Part shown: positions 38,497 to 51,351 of the stretch, piece by piece
How the letters are laid out: every line of letters begins with the position of its first letter
How positions within the stretch are numbered: the first letter of the stretch is position 1
Origin: Antedon mediterranea
Taxonomy: Eukaryota; Animalia; Echinodermata
Assembly (NCBI RefSeq): GCF_964355755.1
Contig: NC_092673.1
Coordinates: forward strand, 2,790,001 to 2,854,000
DNA: 64,000 bases
Direction of reading: 5' to 3'
Translations under genes and position numbers: made by a program
The notes under the pieces: generated by a model
The model's input: only the letters and a program-made list of their open reading frames with translations
Database searches by the model: none
What the model was told of the DNA's origin: nothing

Positions 38497-40056
38497 AGGA
38501 TTTAAAATGCGTGTCAAAAATTGACGCGAACGAATAAAGATCCTCCATATTCCAGGTCTACAGTACACTACTATAGAATAACATTGTTTCCTTTGCAAGA
38601 GAAGCCTTTAGTCCTACGTATGTTACCTACAACTTTATCCGTAGGTTGTAAAGAAGTTCTTATTTGGATATCCATTCTTCAATACTTACCACAACATCGA
38701 GGGACTACACACAATTTACCACAAACTACGTCAACAATAATAAAGAAAAACATTAACACAAAATTCCAATTGATTTCCAGTCAGTCAAAACTGTTTCCGG
38801 CCTGTTTCCTAAAAGCATTAACAATAACAATTCGTGGTCAACGTATTTACGTCAGTAAGTATACAAAAAAGTGTCTATCCTCGCACCACGTGACTTCGAC
38901 AACCAAGTGGGACACTGTTACATTAATGTCTGTGACGTCATATCGACGAAACATTACTAATTTTAAATGCAATATTAAACTATTTTAATTTTACACATCA
39001 AGAATGATTTATAGTAATGGAAGAACGTGACTATATTTTTATATTACTTAATTTGATTGTGTGTGCTTAAAATAGGCTAAATGAAAATAAATATTAATCC
39101 TAACTACCACTATCGATTATAATTTATTGTATTACGTCACGTAAATTCCATTAGGAAAAAAAAAAAAAATTTTTTTCTAATTTGTTTTAGTAGGCCTACT
39201 AATATTAAAGATATATTGTGCCCTTGAAAACAATAATTTAAAAAAAAGTTTTTGATAAATATGCCATTTTAATGTCACTAATATGACCAAAAGTTGGACC
39301 GAAAAAAAAATTGTCTTCTTGAAAATACTGTAACTTAAAGCAAAAAATAGTCAACGTGACGGGAAGTCAATGTTTTTTTTGGTTGAATTTAACCGTTTGT
39401 CTTTTTACAAGTGAAATCCCTTTTTTAAAATTTTGTTTTCTACAGAAGTGATTAATTTTATTTAAAACTGCGAATGGCCTATTCAAAGTCTTTTAAAACT
39501 CATTAACCTACATTTTTATGTTTTTGGGGGACAATACATCTTTAGTAATAATAAAAATCCTGATTTGATTAAAACGCATTTTTATATTTAGGTTAAAGCT
39601 CTGTCTACACTATCAAACTTTTGTTCCAAAAAATGTGATGTGCCCATATATGGACACGATAATGTCATATCACACCATATTTGGATATATCACTACCATA
39701 TTTGGGCACATCACACTTTTGTTGTCAAACTAGTTTGATAGTGTAGACAGAGTTTAAGATTCTCAAGGTAATCTAACTTCTTTTTAAAGTTGTACAGAGT
39801 GCGACACAAGAGTTATGTCACTGACACACATACACAAATATTGGTCCTTGGTTCAACTAGATAAATCATTATGGAATTATAAATAGGATTAAAAGATTAC
39901 AAATAATCTGATATAATATCGACATCATCTGCCAATGATTCTATTATTAAATGTGTTTTATTTCCGTTCCCATTAGATACGGCCACGTTCAGATTTACGT
40001 GACCACCAACATTCGAAATCGTTCCAGTTGACTGGTCACAAGCCGCGTGCCATAGA

Positions 40057-40063
40057 TATAAAA
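40057..40063 (+). promoter_or_regulatory. Candidate TATA box of gene B
   Basis: TATAAAA about 80 bp upstream of the ATG of the first coding exon. Confidence 0.4.
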
Positions 40064-40140
40064 TGTAGTCGTAGTTAGCAATCACTTTAGTAACTTTTGA
40101 GCATTCGGACCTTACGTTTCGTATACGTTATTTTTGCTGC

Positions 40141-42054
40141 ATGATCAAATTGAGAAAAATGGTGAGTATGATAAAAATTGTTTAAACATATTGAAAATTA
40201 TGTGAACGAATTATGTCAATGTACAGTAAGACTTATAATTAACTAGGACTAAAATTTACGAACCTTTTTTTGCGCGACGACTAGAATATTACACATACTT
40301 CGTACTGTTCTTGCTATAATTTTAATATCGGAATATTTGAAACCTTCATTTAAAATTTTGTTTTAATAGATGTTATTGCCAATGATAGTTATTGTTCTGG
40401 TGGTGGTAGTTGACGGTGGCAGTCTAGGTAAAACGAAGGGGCCGGTGTTGAGAGGCTTAACGTCCCGTAACTATCAGAAACGATCGGTTTTGAATATGCT
40501 TAAAAGAAATGAAATAGGCCTACAGCAAAATAAACACGTTTCAAAAATTGAAGACGATGAAGATGTGTACATGTTCGTTGGTGAATGTACAATGTAAGTT
40601 ACAATGAATGTCTATTATATATGAATATATTATATTCATCATCATAAAATCTTATATTATGCATGTAATTATTATACTGCATATTATACTTATTTATATA
40701 AACAAAATAAGTATCATTGTGCAATGTAATGTTCGGAAATAGTGAAAAGAATGAAATACAGTATTTTGAAAAAAAAAAAACAAAATACGGTTTGCTTTAT
40801 ATATTTGTTCTTCATTTAGCAACATCTTTATACAGGATTACACAATCAGGTAAAAGAAAACCTGTTTTGCATTGTGGTACAAAATGGATACAAAAAAAAT
40901 CAGGGAAAAAATGTTTAGTTTATTGTGGAAAATATACATGGCTGCAGTCGCGTGCTTAAGTTAGTTTTTACCGACCGACCGACCGACATAGTGAACTAGA
41001 GTCGCGCTGCTACACAACATAGCCAGCAATAAAGGGAACACCCATATAAATTTGTCTGTTTTTTCTCAAGGATGTCTGGTTCATCTCATGGGGGTAAAAC
41101 AAAACCTATATCCGTATTGAGATACAAGTGACGTCAACGTTTACGTGTGGGTGGCACTATTAATTGACATTAACAATTACAGTAATTTAACGTCAATCTT
41201 CGTTTTTTTTTATTGTTTTTTGAAAATTATTTTTTTAGAACGAAAAAGCAAACCAATCTTATATTAAAGGCCTTTGGTGGAATTCTTCGTCAAGATATTT
41301 TTCTAAATGATGATGGAGAAACTGCTGAAAAAAATGTTTTGTACCGAGATTTAAAAGACAAAGATATTAAGAAAAGATACCAAGAGATCAATCAACATGA
41401 GATACGAAGAAGTCTTCTTGTTCATAATGAGAAATCATTAATGGCATTAATTAAAAGGGCTGGACGAAGAAATCAACCAGATAAAGAGGATACATCTGGA
41501 ACACAAAACAATGACATCGAGAAGAGTGCTGGGAAAACGCCTGAACGAATCGGGTATACCAGACATTGAGAGAAAGTGGAATTATTTTACGGCGAAAGTG
41601 TTGATTCCAGGATGAAAGTTTACCAGACTAAAGATAAAAAATGCAGGTAATGATCATTTTATAAACTTTTCAAACCGAGAGGCTAACCATCATTTCCTTA
41701 AAAATTGTTTACGCACTTAAGCTCTGTCTCATTATACTATCAAACTAGTTTGAAAAAAAAAGTGATTTCCCAAAATATGGTAGTGATATACACTCAATAT
41801 GGTAGTGATATGACATCATCATGTCCATATATGGACACATCACATTTTTTTTGGTCAAGTTTGATAATGTAGACATGGCTTAACTCAGTTGATTATCAAC
41901 TTTAAAAATCTTGTTTATTTTTTCCAGATCACATTTACAAATTGCATTAAGTCATCGAAACGAATGCTACACACCAGCATTGGTCGTGAAAGGGTGTGGT
42001 GACGGTGATTTTGGTGTCAAACTGGAATTGCAACACATTAGGTGTGGTTGCTAA
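40141..42054 (+). pseudogene. Paralog of gene A lacking the Gly-X-Y tract, with in-frame TGA at 41567-41569 (gene B: pseudogene, null allele or readthrough gene)
   Basis: Exons 40141-40161, 40370-40593, 41239-41646 and 41928-42054 have the same intron positions and phases as gene A. EDVYMFVGECTI|TKKQTNLILKAFGGIL aligns with SDVVLKFKGCRI|TSDQAKLITALYGEIL, and ECYTPALVVKGCGDGDFGVKLELQHIRCGC* aligns with YCYRQVLVYTGCGDAQFGVNLEFQEVKQPCSC. Confidence 0.7.
40925..41010 (+). mobile_element. Short interspersed element with (ccga)n microsatellite between gtcgcg motifs
   Basis: atatacatggctg..gtcgcgtg...ccgaccgaccgacc..catagtgaacta..gtcgcg. A second copy lies at about 36622-36715. The layout recalls Helentron/DINE-like non-autonomous elements. 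Confidence 0.5.
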
Positions 42055-42576
42055 TCACCACTGGTGAGGCCAGGAGTCAGGCTAGGTATTACAGGAATCA
42101 TATCTTCATGATATAATTGTTTATTCTTAAGCTAGTTTGATGATGTTCCTAAATATGGTAATGATATTCTTAAATATGGTAGTGATATGCTTAAATATGG
42201 TAGTGATATGGCATTATGTGCACATCACATTTTTTGTCACAAAGTTTGATAGACAGAGCTTTAGATTAATGTACAGGCCTACATTTACATATCTTTATCG
42301 ATATCGTGAAGAATCATTTAATTTATATTCTTAATGAAAATATCTACAAATGCTATAAGAAGACAGAAGTGCAATAACATATTTATAAAAAACTTTATTT
42401 CAATTTCAGTATAAAAGTCGATTGTTTAAAACCCATTTAATTAATATTTAAAACAATAAAACACTACAAAATAATAGGCAAACATGTATTTAAAAATGTG
42501 TATAAAAACACCAATATATATAATCTGCATATCTGGGCTTATCTAGCACCACAATTAAATTTATGATTGAAAGTTT

Positions 42577-45500
42577 TCACGACTTCTGTTCTTCTGTTTC
42601 TGAAAAGATATATTTGCATTTATGAATTAAAATATGCATATTAAATTTATCATTATTTATAATTTATACTAAATGTGCGACTTTTTTTATATTAAAATTA
42701 AAATAGATTAATTTATTTAGAAAGAAAGTATACTTGTAATCAATTCATTTAAAATTAGAACACATAAATTACAGTACAGTATATGATAAAGAATTGCATA
42801 CGTACATTTCATATTTATTAAATAAATAATATTTTATTATTTATAAATGTGCAATTTATTTTATATTAAAATTAAAATAGATTTATTTAGTAAGACAATA
42901 TACTTACAATAAAATCATTTCAAAATAGAATGCATAAACTACAGTATAATGTTTAATAAGGAATTCCATACATGGTTCATATTTATTAAATTAATAATAA
43001 ATTTGTATATTTGTAAAACATTGTGTAGTTTACCTTTGGTTGAGTTATGTTGTTTTTCATCAGTAATTTCTGTTTTTGGTTTTACATCTAAACTGAGTTT
43101 AGTTGGACTGGTGATTGAGTTATTGTTCTTCGTTGGACTGTCACCCCTGTCAATCAAGTCCCATGGGGGCGGGGCTTGGTCTTTGATACGTCGCAAGGCA
43201 TATTTGAAAATACCGAACCCAGACATTCCAGTTGTAAACCAGTATTTTTCGACTTTGTATAGTCCTGTAAAAATATAAAAAAAATAAATTGTTTAGGTCA
43301 CCTTCTATAAAAAAAACACAAATATATACGGAATACTAATCAAGAAGGCCCCTGGTTCGTCAGCATACGCTGTTTAGGGTCACCCTCTATAAATAAGGTA
43401 AAAAAAAAACACCATTTTTTAAATATATGGTCATTCAAAACTTGTTTCAATAATGTAATTGTAACCAAAACTGAAAACAATGAAATATCATATGCTAAAA
43501 ATAAAATATTATATAAATAACACTAATAACTTGAAGAGCTTCAATAAGTATTAACCATGTCTACTAAATCGATTTGAATAAGTGTTTATTTTTTTTTTTA
43601 ATGAATTTAAATTATTATATTACTTTTCCTAAGTATAGAGTAATAATGAACACATACCATCGTAGCGATAGCCATCTTCTGGTGCGAAAGGACTGTCAAG
43701 TTTGTAGCCACGGATTACGCGAACCGGTTTGCCGTTATCAACATTGCGACTTAACGCTAAGTTAACTGCAACACAATTTATGTTAATAATAATATCAACT
43801 TATAAAGGAAAAAAACAGAGTGGGGGACATGTGCAGACTTCAATTTTATGTGCAAGGTATAACCCTCTGTCTACACTATCAAATTAGTTTGACAAAAAAA
43901 GTGTGATATGCCCAATGGTAGTGATGTGCCCAAATATGGTAGTGATATGCTATCATCATGTCCATACATGGTCCACATCACATTTTGTTGTCACATAATG
44001 TTTGATAATGTAGACAGAGCTTAAGGTACACTAGTTATAAAAGGTGCAAAGTCAATAATATTGTTCAAATGAAGGGCCTACCTTTGGCTAAGGTTTGGTC
44101 TTTCGACTGTGGTGCAGTTCTCAGATTCTTTGGATTAGCTTTTGTTCCTTTCAGATCTCTTCCACCTAAAAAAAAAACAATTACTTTTTAAGCTTTGTCT
44201 ACACTATCAAACAAGTTTGACGAAAAAAATCATGTGCCCAAATATGGTAGTGATATGACATATGGGCACATCACATTTTTTTGGCAAAGTTTGATAATGT
44301 AGACAGAGCTTTGCCGCCTTATTATTCTAGTAATCATTTTATACTCTTGTAGGATAACTATCCAGTGTAAATTAAACATGGTTCTCAAATTTGGGGTGGA
44401 GGGAAAGCGGTGCACATGGTGGGTTTTGTAATTCTATCAGCATCTTACCAGATCCAGTGTATGTGAAGCAGTCACCAAGATCGATGTCATCTTCATAACC
44501 CCCAGATAGCGCTAGAGAGTAGCAGCCTTCCTGTTCATTGCCATGAATACCAGCTACTGTTGGCCTATGAATGCCAGCTGCTGAGCATTCCATTCTAGAC
44601 CACCACCAAGTACCAACCTCTACCCCTAAAAATTTAACAAGAATTTGTTATTTGACATACTTGATACAATATTAAGTATATAGAACAATGATGTTCAATG
44701 TACATTGTTGTTTTCAAATCTTCTGATAAACGTTAAGCACACGTATATTTTAATTCAATATTTATAGTTCATTTTATTTGTCCAAAAGGAAATTCATGTT
44801 AACATACAATTGTAAAAAAAATTAGTTGAAGGTTAGTAATACAGAAAAAGACAAAAATATTTGAAAAATATGACAGAGCTACAATAAACAATGAAATTAA
44901 CTTTGTTGATTAAAAAGCTGGATTGATTCTTCCCAAGCATTGTATTATCATTAAACTACACACCTGGTATACTGCCATATGAGTTCTCTCTTGGAAGTGC
45001 TTTCTTCTTTGGCTTGTAGTCAGCATCCTCAGAGAAAGAGTCCTCCTGCAGCTCCATGCCTTCTAGTGCTTTCTAAAATATTGATTTAAATCACAATAAA
45101 CATATATTAATTACTATAAAAAAAATTCTATATGCAAAAATTTTTATTATTATCGTAACACTTATTTGTGCACTTTGTATTTAACAATAAATACCTGTCC
45201 TTTGAGTCTTCGGGATCGACGGTGACCATTAGAAAAATCACTGCCATCTTCTGATTTGAACTCGACACCTTCTTCACGAATGACCACCTTTCGCGGTGTT
45301 TCTGGACGGGATTCTCGCTTTCTTTTCACAGTCTTCTTTACAACTTTAGGAAGTCTTTTAAACTACGCAGAAACAATTTTAGCATTATGACAAATTATAT
45401 ATTTAGTTTACTGCATCAATGGTTGCATTAAAAGGAATAGTAAGCTATACTACGGCTATGATACGGCTGGGTCTCCACAGTCCCCCTCTAAATTTCGCAA

Positions 45501-45782
45501 ATTGTAATGCAAAAGATAAGACATCAAATTAAGAACACTTTATTTCACTACTTTAAGGAAGTCCCGCCCCCCCCCCCCCAACCCCTATTTCATAAACATG
45601 GCACTGAAATACATGAAGATAAATCTATACAAGTACAATTTATTTTTTTTTAAATTAAGAAATCAATAATAATATTTTAAATAACTTACAGGATTGAGAA
45701 TGCCCAGTTCAGCAAGAACCTTCTTGTTTTCCTCAATATTTTTCAATCGAATCTTTTCATATTCTGATAATGCAGTTGGCAT
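42577..45782 (-). CDS. Stand-alone SRA/YDG domain protein (UHRF1-like SRA only), 330 aa, 8 coding exons
   Basis: Exons 45690-45782, 45195-45362, 44964-45072, 44449-44625, 44082-44165, 43658-43765, 43034-43264 and 42577-42599 (993 nt) are in frame. SRA motifs: [77 protein letters not shown]. Confidence 0.9.
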
Positions 45783-46739
45783 TTTGACTGGTTCTCTTCT
45801 TATATTATAAATGACAATATGATATCTGTTGATAATTCAAACAAATAATGTAATGTAAATTACCCTTTACAATTCTACAATAAGATGTCCAATGAAGGGG
45901 CCTCTACTGTGGCGAGGTGCTGGATACAGGTGACCTCTGGGTCTATGTACTGAGGACGTACTGCCTTTCTAAAAAGCTGTTGCAACGCGGCCTGACATAC
46001 CACCACAACATGATGGATGGTTTGGGTAGGCCTCTAGCTAGGCTAGGCTAGGCCTATATGTTATATTGTCATTGATATGCTGAATTCGGTTAATTTACAA
46101 ACATTGATTGCCATTTATAAATATACAACTAGGCTAGTTTATGTCAACTAAAACAATATTAACATTACATTTTACAAGAAAGACTTACGCAAATAACACG
46201 TGCTTTCTATTGTATGACAGGTGGATTTTAAATTGGATTATGAAACCCAGAAATCGCGCGAAAATGTATTTTATTCAACCAGTTTTTGCAATAACAACAA
46301 GGGTTTAAAAATATATTTCTATATTAAAAAGTTAGTTTTATTTTAGGATTTGTATCAAATAAATATATTTTAGTTGATAAACCTAAATAAGATAATAAAA
46401 CGTTTTGCAATCAAATTGTATTTAAACACATTTTTTCTTAGATTAGGCTAGTATGTCTTGCCTGCTGTGTTTACTCAACCGTAACATTTACATCTAGCTA
46501 GGCTAGGGAGCTATATATCCAATACCAAATTGGCGAGTAAATCATGTTTTACTTTAAATTAAATTTATACGCTCTTCCACAAGGTCAATTGTTAGTTATA
46601 CATACAGACTATATTAAAACAATGATTTTGAACACGTAGGGCATTTCTTTGAATTCTTTCCTATTGTCGTTTTGTGGTAATTTACAGCTTTTTATATGTT
46701 TAACAAACGTACATAATCAATTGCGTCTGCATCATGCTA

Positions 46740-46860
46740 GACTACAACTTCCGGTAGTGACGTAATCAGCATATTTTTGGTAATAAAACTTTTTCACTAA
46801 GCTAGGGAATCTTCTGATATCAATATTTATTAGACCATACTTTAGTTAGCCAATCAAAAT
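46740..46860. promoter_or_regulatory. Promoter motif cluster upstream of the SRA gene
   Basis: ETS site ACTTCCGGT, CRE/ATF-like TGACGTAA and CCAAT box GCCAATCA lie within about 120 bp. Confidence 0.45.
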
Positions 46861-46904
46861 AAACGTATAAACAATTTTGCGGCGATGTTGTTGAGGTAAA
46901 ATAT

Positions 46905-48830
46905 ACTGTGTTTTACAATAACCAATTTGGTTAGAGTAAAACACAATGATAAAGAATAGGAAACATTTAATAATATGATAAATGTCATTACATAGCAATT
47001 TATCACTGTGTTTTACTATAACCAATTTGGTTAGAGTAAAACACAATGATATAGAATAGGCAACATTTAATAATATGATAAATGACATTTACATAGCAAT
47101 TTAGCACTGTGTTTTACTATAAACAATTTGGTTAAAGTAAAGCAGAATGATAAAGAATAGGAATTTAATAATATGATATATGACATTTACATAGCAATTT
47201 AGCACTGTGTTTTACTATAACCAATTTGGTTAGAGTAAAACACAATGATAAAGTATAGGAAACATTTAATAATATGATATATGACATTCACATAGCAATT
47301 TAGCACTGTGTTTTACTATAACCAATTTGGTTAAAGTAAAACACAATGATAAAGAATAGGAAACACTTAATAATATGATAAATGACATTTACATAGCAAT
47401 TTAGCACTGTGTTTTACTATAACCAATTCGGTTAAAGTAAAGCAGAATGATAAAGAATAGGAATTTAATAATATGATATATGACATTTACATAGCAATTT
47501 AGCACTGTGTTTTAATATAACCAATTTGTTTAGAGTAAAACACAATGATAAAGAATAGGAAACGTTTAATAATAATGATTATTTACATAGCAATTTAGCA
47601 CTGTGTTTTACTATAACCAATTTGGTTATAGTAAAACACAATGATAAAGAATAGGAAACATTTAATAATATGATGTATGACATTCACATAGCAATTTAGC
47701 ACTGTGTTTTACTATAACCAATTTGGTTAGAGTAAAACACAATGATAAAGAATAGGAAACATTTAATAGCATGATAAATGACATTTACATAGCAATTTAG
47801 CACAATGTTTTACTATAACCAATTTGGTTATAGTAAAACACAATGATATAGAATAGGAAACATTTAATAATATGATAAATGACATTTACATAGCAATTTA
47901 TCACTGTGTTTTACTATAACCAATTTGGTTATGGTAAAGCACAATGATATAGAATAGGAAACATTTAATAATATGATAAATGACATTTACATAGCAATTT
48001 ATCACTGTGTTTTACTATAACCAATTTGGTTATGGTAAAGCACAATGATATAGAATAGGAAACATTTAATAATAATTATTATTTACATAGCAATTTAGCA
48101 CCATGTTTTACTATAACCAATTTGGTTATGGTAAAGCACAATGATATAGAAGAGGAAACATTTAATAATATGATAAATGTCATTACATAGCATGCAATTT
48201 AGCACTGTGTTTTACTATAACCAATTTGGTTAGAGTAAAACACAATGACAAAGAATAGGAAACATTTAATAATAATGATTATTTACATAGCTAGCAATTT
48301 AGCACAATGTTTTACTATAACCAATTTGGTTATGGTAAAGCACAATGATATAGAATAGGAAACATTTAATAATATGATAAATGTCATTACATAGCAATTT
48401 AGCACTGTGTTTTAATATAACCAATTTGGTTAGAGTAAAACACAATGATAAAGAATAGGAAACATTTAATAACATGATAAATGACATTCACATAGAAATT
48501 TAGCACTGTGTTTTACTATAACCAATTTGATTAGAGTAAAGCACAATGATAAAGAATAGGAAACATTTAATAATAGATAAATGACATTTACATAGTAATT
48601 TATCACTGTGTTTTACTATAACCAATTTGGTTAGAGTAAAACATTTTAACTATGATAAATGATATTTAGCACTGTGCTGGATACAGTAAAACACAAATAA
48701 AGAATAGGAAACATATAATAATATGATACATTTACATCCAAATTTAGTATTGTGTTTTACTATAGCCAATTTGGTTACAGTAAAACACAATGATAATGAA
48801 ATATTTATTATATGATATTATTTACATAGC
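46905..48830 (+). repeat. ~100 bp satellite x about 19, left arm of the foldback structure
   Basis: Unit catagcaatttagcactgtgttttactataaccaatttggttagagtaaaacacaatgataaagaataggaaacatttaataatatgataaatgacattta. Each unit contains an internal palindrome. Confidence 0.95.
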
Positions 48831-48879
48831 AAAATATTATATTAAACATATCTTATTATCTAAACGTTATGAAAAGAAT

Positions 48880-50730
48880 AGGATACATATAATGTAATAA
48901 TATAATAAATAAAAGTTACATAGTTTATCATCTTGTTTTACAGAACCAATTTGGTGACACAGTTAAACACAGTGATAAAGAATAGATACTGTTTTAGGTT
49001 ATATAACCCTAACCCTAGTTTGAAGCGACATAATAAATTCATCGCGAAAAAGTACGTATCGTATTTAGAAACTTTTGAAATTTGTTAGATATGTTTAATA
49101 GGTTCTTACGTCTATAAAACAAACAAAAAATATAAATTTCACAAAAAATTCGTGATTTTAATAATTTGCATTTCTAAAAATGTACACTTATGAAATACCA
49201 TACATTTTCCAACACATTTTTACTTCATTGATGATTCCCAGAAATCAAAATAAAACAAATTATGATATTTCTTTTACATTATAGATGTAAGAACCTATAT
49301 TGAACATGTACCAAATTTCAAACGTTTTTTAAGACGATACGTATTTTTATCGATGAATTAAGTATGTGATCGCTTCAAACTAGGGTTAGGGTTAAATAAC
49401 CTAACAGTTCCATTCTTTAACACTGTGTTTAACTTTTAACCAAATTGGTTTTAGTACAACACAATGATAAACTATGTACATTTTATTTTTCATATTACAT
49501 TATAGGATACATATAATGTAATAATAATAAATACAAGTTACATAGTTTATCATCTTGTTTTACAGAACCAATTTGGTTACACAGTTAAACACAGTGATAA
49601 AGAATAGACACTGTTTAGGTTATATAACTCTAACCCTAGTTTGAAGCGATCACATACTTAATTCATCGCGAAAAAATACGTATCGTATTCAGAAACATTT
49701 GAAATTTGGTAAATATGTTCAATAGGTTCTTACGTCTATAAAACAAACAAAAAAATAAAAGTTTCAAGACAAATTCGTGATTTTAATAATTTGCATTTCA
49801 AAACATTTACACTTATGAAAGACAATACATTTCCAACACATTTTTACTTCATTGATGATTCTCAGAAATCAAAATAAAACTATTAGGATATTTTCTTTTG
49901 CATTATAGATGTAAGAACCTATATTGAACATATCTACCAAATATCAAACGTTTTTCAAGACGATACGTATTTTTAGCGATGAATATTAAATATGTGATTG
50001 CTTCAAACTAGGGTTAGGGTTAAATAAACTAAAACAGTTCTATTCTTTATCACTCACTGTGTTTAACTTTTAACCAAAATGGTTATAGTAAAACACAATG
50101 ATAAACTTATATGTAAATTTTATTTTTCATAACATAAAATGTTTGATATTCTTTATAATATTTAATATTATATTTTAGGCCTACTATTAATGACGTATAA
50201 ATGCACACTACATCTGAAATAACTTTCTACTTCATTGGCGATTCTTACCAAAAAAAAAGAACTAATTTTGTTATGTATATAGAGCAACCTATTATAACAT
50301 GTCTTGTATGATTTTTATCTCGTTTCAATGACATTTTATACTACAATTCAAATGAAAAAGCATCACAAAAAAATACGTCTGGTATTCAAAAAGTTTCTAA
50401 ACTCGGTACACAGAAAAAAGGAAATGTTGAAAATGTATGGTCTTTCATAAGTGTGAATTTTTAGAAATGCAAATAATGGAAATCATCGATTTGTCTTGAA
50501 ATTTATAATTTTTTTTGTCTTATTGAACATATCTATACAAAATGTCAAACGTTTCTGAATACGATACGTTTTTTTTCTCGATGAATTTATAATGTCGCTT
50601 CAAACTAGAGGGTAGGGTAGTAACCTAACAAGTATCTATTCTGTATCACTATGTTTAACTGTGTAACCATATTGGTTCTAATAAAAAACAATGATAAACT
50701 ATGTAAATTGTATGTTTCATATATTACATC
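48880..50730. mobile_element. Two tandem ~620 bp palindromic elements plus an inverted partial third copy
   Basis: Copies at about 48880-49503 and 49505-50130 each have ~230 bp inverted arms containing taaccctaacccta/tagggttagggtta. The region 50430-50730 is a partial reverse-complement copy. Confidence 0.8.
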
Positions 50731-51351
50731 TTTGCCAAAAAAAATTATTGGGAATGTCAAATTTCTTTTTCATGACATATATCTACAAATTTCAGAAGCT
50801 TTTGAGTACGAGTATTTTACGCGATGTTTTTTTATCCTCATTTTAATATTTTGGTCAGGTCTGATTTTGGTAATGTAATTCACATGCATAAAGTTTTGTA
50901 TCCAAAAATTGTTTATTCTTGGGTAGAAATGAGGAAATAAATAGTATTCCTGTATAATATAATAATCAATAATAAAGTATAAAAAAAAGTGTTGTGTAAA
51001 CGAACGTTTTTTACGCTTCGAATTTTCTGTTACATTATGTTTGAATTGAAGCTACAGATATTGAATCATGGACCTATAAATTAGTAATTTATAGGTCCAT
51101 GATTGAACATATCGTCACTCACCACACATTTTTTGTTTTGTATTTCGAAAGTATTTATTCTAAAGAACAATTGATGCAAACATCAACTGCGTATCTTATT
51201 TCATTAATTAATTATATTAATTATACTTTGGCGATTATTCGTCACACGAAGAGTCGAATATCGATTCGTCTCGTCATGGGAAGAAAACGTGCATTGCGCA
51301 CACTGTTTACGCGCCTCAACAATAAACGGCGAATATGCGATTCGTCACTTA

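Noticed and set aside
37471-38548. Several long overlapping ORFs (272-318 aa)
   Set aside because: They are translations of a stop-poor 20 bp minisatellite.
38521-38988. 155 aa ORF upstream of gene B
   Set aside because: It starts at TTG, has no recognisable motif and has no splice support.
41567-41569. TGA in gene B as selenocysteine, tempting because PSTK is in the same window
   Set aside because: The TGA aligns with a conserved Gly, not a Cys. I see no convincing SECIS in the short region after 42054, and gene neighbourhood carries little functional meaning in animal genomes.
49003-49392. TTAGGG motifs as an interstitial telomere
   Set aside because: There are only two units per site, and they are embedded in the arms of a repeat element.
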